From positions 28,114-92,113 of the forward strand of contig CAVPJD010000033.1 of the NCBI GenBank assembly GCA_963705165.1: 64,000 nt of DNA, given 5' to 3'. Shown here piece after piece: positions 42,013 through 50,395 of this stretch. Each line of letters begins with the position of its first letter. Position 1 is the stretch's first letter. The notes beneath the pieces are model-generated. The model was not told where the DNA came from and did no database searches. It was given only the letters and a program-made list of their open reading frames with translations. The stretch comes from an uncultured delta proteobacterium (GTDB lineage: Bacteria > Desulfobacterota > Syntrophia > Syntrophales > UBA2192). Position numbers and translations under genes: made by a program.

Positions 42013-42795
42013 TCAGCAGCCGGGCGCCCGCTGCTTTTCAGCCACAATAAGCAGGACCATGGCAAGGCGTGTCGGCGCAAGGCGCGCATCGATCCGGGCA
42101 AGCCCCGCGTAGAGGCGGTTGATCAGCTCAAAGGCTTTTACGAGACCCGCCGAAGGGCGAAATCCCCTGCCCGCCGCCGGGGAAGACCTTCCAGTGAAGG
42201 AGCAGCTCGTGAGGACGGCTGCCGTGGCCCACATGGTGAGTTTCTCGAGGGGTCCCAGTACGTTGCATACGGACAGGCTCCGCAGGCCCGATTTTTCCAG
42301 GATGCCGAGCATCTCCGGCAGATCGTAACGACGGTGATGCCCCACGAAGCGGTCATCGACGGCGAAGAAATCCCTCCGGTGGGGAAAGGTCACGACAAGA
42401 CGGCCGCCCTCTTCCAGGACGGTCGCCATCTGCCCGACGGCCCCGAGGTCGTCCTCGATGTGCTCGAGGACCTCGGAACAGACGGCAGCGCGAAAGACCC
42501 CTTTTTTGAAGGGCAGCCTCGTAGCATCGGCAACGACATAGTGGCCTGTGCCCTGCCCTGCTTTCAGGCACCGCAGCGCTGAAAAGGAAAGCTCCGTAAA
42601 CACCGTGCGGTCTGTGGCGGGCGAGATCGGCGAGATGCCGCTTCCCACCTCCAGCGTCATCCCTTCCCCTTGCCGGGAAAGTCGCTCCCGGACGGCACGC
42701 TTGCGCACCTGATAGTTGTACAGGTGGTTTTTCAGAGAGAGGTATGCCGGCTCTATGAAAAAATCATCGAAACGATTGTCCGATCCCTGCGCCAC
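42013..42795 (-). CDS. Class I SAM-dependent methyltransferase
   Basis: GTG after AAGGAGG; LEVGSG, ADATRLPF, SEVLEH, D..VGHHRRY (glycan-locus type). Confidence 0.85.
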   Translation of the reverse strand: MAQGSDNRFDDFFIEPAYLSLKNHLYNYQVRKRAVRERLSRQGEGMTLEVGSGISPISPATDRTVFTELSFSALRCLKAGQGTGHYVVADATRLPFKKGVFRAAVCSEVLEHIEDDLGAVGQMATVLEEGGRLVVTFPHRRDFFAVDDRFVGHHRRYDLPEMLGILEKSGLRSLSVCNVLGPLEKLTMWATAAVLTSCSFTGRSSPAAGRGFRPSAGLVKAFELINRLYAGLARIDARLAPTRLAMVLLIVAEKQRAPGC

Positions 42796-42809
42796 GTGAG
42801 ATCCCTCCT

Positions 42810-43574
42810 TCACCGCGTCGTGACCCGGCTGCCCGGAAAGAGAGAAGTCCTTGCCATGCCGAGACGGGATAGCCGGAAGAGGAGAGCCGTCGTGAGGCAC
42901 CCGAGGCCGTAGCGGACACTGCGACGAAAATTGATGGATGAAGAGTCGGCGTAATACCGCGTGGGACAGCTGATCTCGGCGATCGGGTGGTCGTACCAGA
43001 GCACCTGGAGAAGCATCTGGTTATCGAAGAGGAAATCGTCGGAGTTCCCCTCCAGCGGAAGTTCCTCGAGGACCTTTCGGGAAAAGGCCCGGTAGCCCGT
43101 GTGATACTCGGAGAGTTTTGCGCCCGTAAGGAAATTCTCGAAGAGCGTCAGGAACCGGTTGGCTGCGTAGCGCCAAAGCGGCATGCCTCCTCGCAGGGCG
43201 TGGCCTCCCAGGATGCGTGAGCCCAGGACGCACTCATAAAGCCCGTTGCCGATGAGCGATGCCATGGCCGGGATGAGTTTGGGGGTGTACTGGTAATCGG
43301 GGTGTACCATGATGACGATGTCGGCGCCCTCGTCGAGGGCCATCCGGTAGCAGGTCTTCTGGTTGGCCCCGTAGCCCCTGTTCTCGGGGTGCCGGTGGAC
43401 CCTCACGCCCGGAAGGGTTCGCGCGAGCGCAACAGTCTCGTCGTGGCTTGCGTCATCGACGACGATGACCCGGTCGACGACGCCCTGGGCCATGACCTCC
43501 TCGAAGGTCTTCATGAGAGTCTGCGCCGCATTGTAGGCGGGCATGACGACGATGACTTTCCTTCCTGCAAACAT
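42810..43574 (-). CDS. GT2 glycosyltransferase, DPM1-like (polyprenyl-phosphate sugar synthase type)
   Basis: VVMPAYNA, VVDDAS, NRGYGANQK, HPDYQY, VLGSR, HTGYRAF. Confidence 0.92.
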   Translation of the reverse strand: MFAGRKVIVVMPAYNAAQTLMKTFEEVMAQGVVDRVIVVDDASHDETVALARTLPGVRVHRHPENRGYGANQKTCYRMALDEGADIVIMVHPDYQYTPKLIPAMASLIGNGLYECVLGSRILGGHALRGGMPLWRYAANRFLTLFENFLTGAKLSEYHTGYRAFSRKVLEELPLEGNSDDFLFDNQMLLQVLWYDHPIAEISCPTRYYADSSSINFRRSVRYGLGCLTTALLFRLSRLGMARTSLFPGSRVTTR

Positions 43575-43597
43575 GCTTCCTCGCTACCTCGTGGACC

Positions 43598-43677
43598 GGG
43601 ACGTTGTTGACTAAGTTGACTAATGCATAAACGGAGAGTCGCTGCTGAGAATTAGTCAACTTAGTCAACAACGTCCC
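43598..43677. mobile_element. MITE-like 80-bp element with perfect 27-bp inverted repeats built on a 9-mer
   Basis: gggacgttgttgactaagttgactaat / attagtcaacttagtcaacaacgtccc; mobility is inferred, not shown. Confidence 0.6.
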
Positions 43678-45399
43678 TACGAATTTCGTAGACCGCGTGA
43701 CCGTTCGATTCATAAACTTTAATAAGACATTGCGCAAGCTTTTCCCGAAGGTTCTGGATGGTTTCCGCCGGGAAGTTGTCCTCAAGCGCCTTCATCAGCA
43801 ACTCTTCCCGCACCAGAAGATGGGTGCCCCCAAGGGATCTCAGGAAGGCAGCAAGCGCTGCCGCATCCTTCGACGAGCGCACCATGGCCTTCATGATGCC
43901 CACCTCCTGTCCTGCATGGTGGATGTACTCCCGGTCCAGGTAATACCCCCGAGCGCTCAGATACAGAAGGTAGACAACGGCATCTTCCGGCAGCTCTCGA
44001 TTGATAAAGGCCGTGGCCGGGTAGCTGCCGACCTGCCGGGAAAGGAACTCATCCCGCGATTCCTCGCCGAGGATGTAAGGCAGGGGCCGGATGGCCTTGA
44101 ATTGATTTCCCAGGTAGAAGAGGTTTGCGGCAATGAGCAGGGCAACGGCGAAAGGAACCGCCCGACCTGCCATCCTCAGGACGCTCTGCCTGCAACTTGC
44201 CAGCCACTCGGTGCCGTTTCGTATCCCCATGACGGCGAGGATCGTCATGAACGGCAGGATCGGCAGCATATAGCGGATGCGCACGTCCGCCATGAGAAGC
44301 GACACGAGGAAGACGAAACGCGATGAACAGGAAGAAAAAAGAACCGGTGGCCCTTTCGGCTCCCGACAAATGCAAAGGGGATTGCCAGCGCAAACAGCGG
44401 GTTCAAAACACCGTCGAAGTGCTGCGGGGAGTGATCCCGGCCTTCGAAAAAGATCCGCAGCGGCAAAAGCAGGATCTGCCAGACATCTTCCCCATAGAGC
44501 AGTGTCCTGTTCCGGAAGAAATTAAAGCCCCCTCTCTCCACATCGCCTGCCACCAGGAAGGCAGCAGGTTCACGCCCGCCATGGATAAACGCAAAGAGGT
44601 TGTCCAGGAGAGGGTAGATCGGGTTTCCCTGCAGGATGAGGTTTTTCACCAGCCACGGCGATACCACGGCAAGCGCAACCAGGGAAAAGAGTGCCCCCCA
44701 CCGGATCGCCTGCAGCTGTCTTCCCGTATCCCTTGCGTAGAGAAAACAGACGGCCCCGCCGAGGAAGAGCCACGAAATGAGGGCGTTGTATTTTGTGCCT
44801 GCGGCCAGCCCCATGCAGACGCCCGAAAGAAGGATCCATTTCACATCTTCATAGCGGCCGTCCCGCCAGCGGAGATAGGAAAGGACGCTGGCCGTCGTGA
44901 AAAAGATCATCCCCAGATCCACGTATGCGGTAATGGATAATCGGATGACCATCGGGGTGCTGACGAAGACCAGCAGGCCGAGCATCCCCCAGATCCGTCC
45001 TGCATGCTTCTTGAGGTATCGGTAAACGAGATATCCCGTCCCCCAACCGAACAGCATGTGGATCAGGGCGGGCAGCATATCGTTGCCGAACCGCAGCGCA
45101 ACCCAATACATGAGATCCACGTTCATCGGGAAGTAACTGTAATCAGCCCAGGGCGTCTCGAAGAAACCTCCATGACGGATCCAGAGTTTCGGGATGGCAA
45201 GGTGATGGATGAGCGCATCTCGCGATATGGGAGGGGTAAGGCAGAGGAGCCCCTCCAGGGCGATGATTACGAAAAGAGCCATGGAGATCAGCCACATCGT
45301 GATCCGCTCCGCAGACCCGAAGGGCGCATCGGCTGGACCGGACGCCTCTTTCCGATCGCGCAGCGTCTCCATTTCCTTGTCGTCCGGTGAGCCAGGCAT
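43661..45399 (-). CDS. GT-C (GT39/ArnT-like) lipid-carrier-dependent glycosyltransferase (two frameshifts at about 44337 and 44317)
   Basis: PPISRDALIHHLAIPK, AYVDL, GTKYNAL, PWLVKN...GNPIYP; removing two T residues joins to RIRYMLP of ORF 43661-44305. Confidence 0.8.
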
Positions 45400-45427
45400 T
45401 TTCTACGCTTCTCCTTCTTGAAAAACT

Positions 45428-47266
45428 CTACTTCGCGGTATGTGTGAGAACCTGCCTCATATTCTCCTCTATTGCACGGTCTTGCGGAGCGAGTGCATGG
45501 GCTTGTCTGAAGTGATCAACGGCCTCGTCAATCCGACCCAGATTCATGAGGGCTATCCCGATGTTATTGTGCGCCTGCGCACTATGCGGATTGATGCGTA
45601 GGGCCTCAATCAGATGCGGCACGGCCTCCACCGGCTTTCCCTGCAGAATGGTTAGCATACCCAGATTGGTAAGAGCTCCCTCGTGAGCGGGGTCGATCCG
45701 GAGGACCTGCCTGAAATCCTCCACGGCCTCGTCGAGCTTCCCCTGCCTCATGGAAAATACACCACGGTCGATCAGGGCTCTTGTCAATCGCGGATCGATT
45801 TCCAGCGCCTTTGTGAAAAAATACATCGCCTCTGCCGGAGGGGTCTCGCGCGAGGCACAGACCCCCAAACCGTGATAGGGATCGGCATAATTTTTCTTCA
45901 TCTCGATGGCCTTCAGAAAATGCGGCACGGCCTTTTGACAGTCGTTTTGATCCAGGTAGAAGGCCCCGATGTTGTGGTGCGCCACGGGATTGACCTCTGT
46001 TACCAGGAGTGCATGCCCGAAGAGGGTCAGGCTGTTCTTCCAGGTCCCGACCTGTGCCCTTGCAAGGAATAGCAGCCCCGACAGGGCAATGAGAATAACG
46101 ACGAGGATCGCGTGTTTCCATTTCGGCTGCCTCTCAACGATCGCTTTCATCCCCCAGGAAATGGCGATGAAAAGGCCCACCAGGGGAATATACGTGTACC
46201 GGTCCGCCATGGATTGCGAGCCCACCTGGATGATCCCGATCACCGGGACCAGCGTGCCCAGGTACCACAGCCAGCCGACGAGCAGGAAGGGAAACTCCCG
46301 CGCCTTTCGGACAACCAGACAGGAGATCGAAACCAGGAACAGAAGGGCAATAACGACCTTCCAGGCCGGCAGCAAACCTTCGTGTGGATATAAAACAGCC
46401 AGATCGACGGGCCAGAGCATCTTCCGGATGTATTCCAGGTACGAAACGGCTGCGTTGGCGATCCGAACCGCAATGGGCATCTTCTCGATGGACCAGACGG
46501 CGCCGACCTCCCTCTGAGCGACCAGCGTAACGACGCTTGATACGGCAGCCATGAGAAAGAGCGGCAGCTTTTCAACGACGAGCCCCATGGCAACCGGGCG
46601 GCCTGATGTCTTATCCCGTCCTGACCACCGGTCGAAGGCGGTTCTCGCATCGGTGAATCGCCGAAGGGGCCAGTAATCGAGAAGCAGGAGGGTAAAGGGA
46701 AGCGTCACGAGCATCGGCTTCGACAGCAGGCCCAGGACAAATGACAGCATGACCAGGAGATAGCGGCGGATCGTGGGATGCTTCACATAATAAGCGTAGG
46801 CGCCGATCGTGAGGATCCAGAAGAAGCCGCTGAGGACGTCCTTCCTTTCCGCGACCCAGGCAACCGATTCCACGTGAAGGGGGTGTATCGCAAACAGGGC
46901 CGCCGCGAGTGCACTGCACCAGAGCATACCGGTCATAGACGACAACACGAGAAAAAGAAGGACCGTGCTGGCCGCATGAATCAGCACGCTCGTCCGGTGA
47001 TGGCCTCCGGCATTCAATTGGTAGGCCTCGAAATCCGCCCTGTGGGAAATCCAGGAGAGCGGATGCCAGTTTCCCGCATGAAAGGTTGTGAAGGACCACG
47101 TTACGCCTTTCATCGAAAGGCCGTCGTGAACCGGGCGGTTGTCTGTTATGTAGAGTTCGTCATCGTAGACAAAATCGAACGATTGAACTGGCCAGTAAAG
47201 GATCAGCGTCACCGCCGCCAGCAGGAGGGCGATCAGCAAAGTCTGGCGAAAGCATTTACTTTCCAT
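45428..47266 (-). CDS. TMTC-like GT-C glycosyltransferase with C-terminal TPR repeats
   Basis: DFVYDDELY, NWHPLSWISH, HPLHVESVAWVAERKDVLS, SKPMLVTLPF, EKLP, MADRYTY, TPRs; paralog of 9589-11525; start could be up to 60 nt upstream. Confidence 0.88.
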   Translation of the reverse strand: MESKCFRQTLLIALLLAAVTLILYWPVQSFDFVYDDELYITDNRPVHDGLSMKGVTWSFTTFHAGNWHPLSWISHRADFEAYQLNAGGHHRTSVLIHAASTVLLFLVLSSMTGMLWCSALAAALFAIHPLHVESVAWVAERKDVLSGFFWILTIGAYAYYVKHPTIRRYLLVMLSFVLGLLSKPMLVTLPFTLLLLDYWPLRRFTDARTAFDRWSGRDKTSGRPVAMGLVVEKLPLFLMAAVSSVVTLVAQREVGAVWSIEKMPIAVRIANAAVSYLEYIRKMLWPVDLAVLYPHEGLLPAWKVVIALLFLVSISCLVVRKAREFPFLLVGWLWYLGTLVPVIGIIQVGSQSMADRYTYIPLVGLFIAISWGMKAIVERQPKWKHAILVVILIALSGLLFLARAQVGTWKNSLTLFGHALLVTEVNPVAHHNIGAFYLDQNDCQKAVPHFLKAIEMKKNYADPYHGLGVCASRETPPAEAMYFFTKALEIDPRLTRALIDRGVFSMRQGKLDEAVEDFRQVLRIDPAHEGALTNLGMLTILQGKPVEAVPHLIEALRINPHSAQAHNNIGIALMNLGRIDEAVDHFRQAHALAPQDRAIEENMRQVLTHTAK

Positions 47267-47432
47267 TCTTAACATACCCGAAGACAGCATACTGCCTTTA
47301 CCGCAGCCGGAGATTAGAATCGGCAAGGAATGAGATTGATCTGATTAGATTATAGCAAGAAGCGGGCCTTTCGTGATATCTGCCGCATACGATCTTTCAT
47401 GTCCTGCTGCGATGATAACGGCTCTTCCCGAT

Positions 47433-47471
47433 AAAAAAACCGGGTGAAGGAAAATCCTTTCACCCGGTTTC
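47433..47471 (-). terminator. Intrinsic terminator of pilA copy 1
   Basis: aaaccgggtgaa...ttcacccggttt stem, T7 on the minus strand. Confidence 0.85.
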
Positions 47472-47494
47472 GGTTGAACCCTCTTTAGTCTTCT

Positions 47495-47866
47495 TTACGG
47501 GGTGATCGCACCTGAGGCGTTGATCGTATACGTCGTGTTGCCGCTTCCGTGAACGGACGTGAGCGAAAGCCCTGCCATCGATCCCGTAGCTGGAGTCAAC
47601 GTGACGCCGGTGGATGCCGTATAGCCTGCGCTCTGCAGTTTTGCAACATCCACCGTGGCGGTGGGCCAGTCACTGAAGTAGGCCTGGGCTGCCGTGTAGG
47701 CGTTTTTCACGTCCGCGCGGGCTGCCGTGTTGTAGCCCCGGATCCTGTAAGAGGTGAACTGCGGGATTGCGATTGCCGCCAGGATGGCGATGATCGCGAT
47801 AACGATCATCAACTCGATCAATGTGAAGCCCTTCTTGTTTCTCTTTTTCGCGAAATAACTGATCAT
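47495..47866 (-). CDS. pilA: Type IVa major pilin, copy 1
   Basis: Class III signal [10 protein letters not shown]; 110-aa mature protein; IAIPQF..YR..YN; sigma-54 promoter; next to pilR/pilS. Confidence 0.93.
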   Translation of the reverse strand: MISYFAKKRNKKGFTLIELMIVIAIIAILAAIAIPQFTSYRIRGYNTAARADVKNAYTAAQAYFSDWPTATVDVAKLQSAGYTASTGVTLTPATGSMAGLSLTSVHGSGNTTYTINASGAITP

Positions 47867-48002
47867 GATAACCTCCTGTTTCTTTGTCTTTCCTATGTTT
47901 ATTTAACGATCTTTCGCCTTCTCACTAATTCTTTTCAGACCGAACCGCCTGCTTTTTTTTATCGCCCTCCTTGTGGTGATTATTTCGTTATGACCGGGGT
48001 AG

Positions 48003-48018
48003 AGCATATCGCATGCCA
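48003..48018 (-). promoter_or_regulatory. Sigma-54 promoter (-24/-12) of pilA copy 1
   Basis: TGGCATGCGATATGCT (GG-N10-GC). Confidence 0.8.
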
Positions 48019-48126
48019 TGGGCTGCGCTTTTCTTTATTTCTTTCATATCACAATGATTTCAAAGTGATACAAGCGATCATCCGTCTTTTGTGCATCGGT
48101 TCCAACCCTTGAAAATCGCAAAAAAA

Positions 48127-48161
48127 TGATGAATCTCATCAGCTCCTGCTGATCTTCATCA
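48127..48161. promoter_or_regulatory. Candidate PilR enhancer (two TGATGA-N3-TCATCA-like sites)
   Basis: tgatgaatctcatca and tgctgatcttcatca, 20 bp apart; conserved in copy 2. Confidence 0.55.
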
Positions 48162-48262
48162 CCATCCTCCCCGGCCCGCGCCTGGAGGCGAAAGCCGTCA
48201 GCAAAATCACGGCCGCTTCGATCCTTTTGTTTCCTGTTGCGATGATCATTGCTCTGAACGAT

Positions 48263-48301
48263 AAAAAAACCGGGTGAAGGAAAATCCTTTCACCCGGTTT
48301 C
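48263..48301 (-). terminator. Intrinsic terminator of pilA copy 2
   Basis: Identical to 47433-47471. Confidence 0.85.
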
Positions 48302-48324
48302 GGTTGAACCCTCTTTAGTCTTCT

Positions 48325-48696
48325 TTACGGGGTGATCGCACCTGCGGCGTTGATCGTATACGTCGTGTTGCCGCTGCTGTGAACGGACGTGAGCGAAAGC
48401 CCTGCCATCGTTCCGGTAGCTGGATTCACCGTGACGCCGGTGGACGGCGTATAGCCTGCGCTCTGCAGTTTAGCCACATCCACCGTGGCGGCGGGCCAGT
48501 CACTGAAGTAGGCCTGGGCTGCCGTGTAGGCGTTTTTCACGTCCGCGCGTGCTGCCGTGTTGTAGCCCCGGATCCTGTATGAGGTGAACTGCGGGATTGC
48601 GATTGCCGCCAGGATGGCGATGATCGCGATAACGATCATCAGCTCGATCAATGTGAAGCCCTTCTTGTTTCTCTTTTTCGCGAAATAACTGATCAT
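48325..48696 (-). CDS. pilA: Type IVa major pilin, copy 2
   Basis: Same N-terminus as copy 1; seven substitutions in the C-terminal half. Confidence 0.93.
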   Translation of the reverse strand: MISYFAKKRNKKGFTLIELMIVIAIIAILAAIAIPQFTSYRIRGYNTAARADVKNAYTAAQAYFSDWPAATVDVAKLQSAGYTPSTGVTVNPATGTMAGLSLTSVHSSGNTTYTINAAGAITP

Positions 48697-48832
48697 GATA
48701 ACCTCCTGTTGTCTTTGTCTTTCCTATATTTATTTAAGATCGTTCGCCTTCTCACTCATTCTTTTCAGACCGAACCGCCTGCTCTGTTTTATCGCCCCCC
48801 TTGTGGTGATTTTTTCGTTCTGACCCTGGTAG

Positions 48833-48848
48833 AGCAAATCGTATGCCA
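48833..48848 (-). promoter_or_regulatory. Sigma-54 promoter (-24/-12) of pilA copy 2
   Basis: TGGCATACGATTTGCT, near consensus TGGCAC-N5-TTGCW. Confidence 0.88.
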
Positions 48849-48888
48849 CAACATATAATTTTTTTTATTTTTTGTATTTCATACTTGA

Positions 48889-48901
48889 TATCAATTAGTT
48901 A
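48889..48901 (+). promoter_or_regulatory. IHF binding site
   Basis: TATCAATTAGTTA matches WATCAANNNNTTR, in AT-rich DNA between the enhancer and the sigma-54 promoter. Confidence 0.65.
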
Positions 48902-48959
48902 CAATCGATCCACCGTCTTCTCGTGCATCGGTTCCAGCCCTTCGAAAACCGGCAGAGAG

Positions 48960-48994
48960 TGATGAAATTCATCATCTCCTGCTGCGCCTCATCA
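48960..48994. promoter_or_regulatory. Candidate PilR enhancer (two TGATGA-N3-TCATCA-like sites)
   Basis: tgatgaaattcatca and tgctgcgcctcatca, 20 bp apart; the second overlaps the pilR stop. Confidence 0.55.
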
Positions 48995-50386
48995 CTTTCC
49001 TTCCCCTTCCCCGTTTTCCATCTCGAGCTTATCGAGTCTGTGCCGAAGACTGGGGAAACTCACCCCGAGAAGCGAGGCCGCTTTCGTCTTGGACCCCTTC
49101 GCCTTTTCGAGGGCCTTGCGGATGATCTCCCGCTCGAATCTCTCCAGTTCCCGGTTGAGGTCGACGCCTCTCTCGGGAAACGCCTCTTCGGGCTCGGTCG
49201 CACCCGCTTCCCCGTTGCCGTCTTCGGCAATAATGAGACTCTCAGGCAGAATGATGCTCGAGTTCTCCAGGGCGACGCTTCGTTCGATGATATTTTCCAG
49301 CTCCCGGATGTTTCCCGGAAACGGGTAGCGCATGAGCAGCTCCAGGGCGTACGTGGAGATCCTCTTGACCTCCTTGCCGAACTCCTTTGCGTATTTCTCG
49401 ATGAAGTACTGCGCCAGAAGCGGGATGTCCTCCCTGCGCTTTCTCAGCGGCGGGATGCGGATCGGGATCACGTTGAGCCGGAAGTAGAGATCCTCGCGGA
49501 ACTCACCCTGTTTGACCTTCTCCTGGAGGTCCTGGTTCGTCGCCGAGACGATCCTCACGTCGACCTTGATGTCTTCGGAGCCGCCGATTCTGCGGACGGT
49601 CTTCTCCTGGACGACGCGAAGCAGCTTGACCTGGAGGATGATGGGCAACTCGGCGATCTCGTCGAGAAAGATCGTCCCGCCCCGGGCGAACTCGAAGAGT
49701 CCCGCCTTGTCCGCAAAGGCCCCTGTGAAGGAGCCCTTCATATACCCGAAAAGCTCACTCTCCAGGAGGTTCTCCGGGATGCCGCCACAGTTGATGGCGA
49801 CAAAGGGCTTGTCCTTCCGGGAGCTGTTGCCGTGGACGGCCCGGGCGACAAGCTCTTTGCCTGTCCCGCTCTCCCCGAGGATGAGGACGTTGGCCGGCGT
49901 GTCGGCCACCTTGCCGATCAGGGCGTAGACCTTGTGCATCTCCCTGCTGCGGCCCACCATGGTCCCGAAGTACCTTGCGTCTTCCCCCTCCTCCGGGGGA
50001 AGCGAGGGCTCTTTCCGGGCGGTCTCTTTCTTGTCGATGGCGTCCCGGACAATGGCCAGCAGGTCATCGACATTGAAGTTCTTCTCGACGTAGTCATAGG
50101 CCCCCTCGCGCATGGCCGCCAGGGCCGTCTCACCCGAAGCGAAGGCCGTCAAAAGGATCACGGCTGTCCCCGGCGCCGTCTCCTTGATTCCCTTGAGCAG
50201 GTCGATCCCGTCCACGCGGGGCATCTTCAGATCCGTGATGACGAGGTCGAATTTCTTCTTCCCGATGATCTCGAGCGCAGCCGCCCCGTCGTCGGCCGTC
50301 GCAACCTGATAGCCAGCGCGGGAGAGCATGATATCGAGGACATCCTGCATGCCCCTGTCATCGTCGACAACGAGGATCCGTTCCAT
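48992..50386 (-). CDS. pilR: Sigma-54-dependent response regulator PilR
   Basis: REC domain (VVDDD, TDLKMP), [14 protein letters not shown]...[17 protein letters not shown], Fis HTH; directly upstream of pilA. Confidence 0.9.
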   Translation of the reverse strand: MERILVVDDDRGMQDVLDIMLSRAGYQVATADDGAAALEIIGKKKFDLVITDLKMPRVDGIDLLKGIKETAPGTAVILLTAFASGETALAAMREGAYDYVEKNFNVDDLLAIVRDAIDKKETARKEPSLPPEEGEDARYFGTMVGRSREMHKVYALIGKVADTPANVLILGESGTGKELVARAVHGNSSRKDKPFVAINCGGIPENLLESELFGYMKGSFTGAFADKAGLFEFARGGTIFLDEIAELPIILQVKLLRVVQEKTVRRIGGSEDIKVDVRIVSATNQDLQEKVKQGEFREDLYFRLNVIPIRIPPLRKRREDIPLLAQYFIEKYAKEFGKEVKRISTYALELLMRYPFPGNIRELENIIERSVALENSSIILPESLIIAEDGNGEAGATEPEEAFPERGVDLNRELERFEREIIRKALEKAKGSKTKAASLLGVSFPSLRHRLDKLEMENGEGEGK

Positions 50387-50395
50387 ATACGCTCC

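Larger units (their letters stand above)
47390..49003. repeat. Tandem direct duplication with about 830-bp period (terminator + pilA + promoter + enhancer)
   Basis: 47390-48170 aligns with 48219-49003; the CDS offset is exactly 830. Confidence 0.9.

Noticed and set aside
47495..48696. One pilA copy as a silent Neisseria-type antigenic-variation cassette
   Set aside because: Both copies are full length with their own RBS, promoter and terminator.
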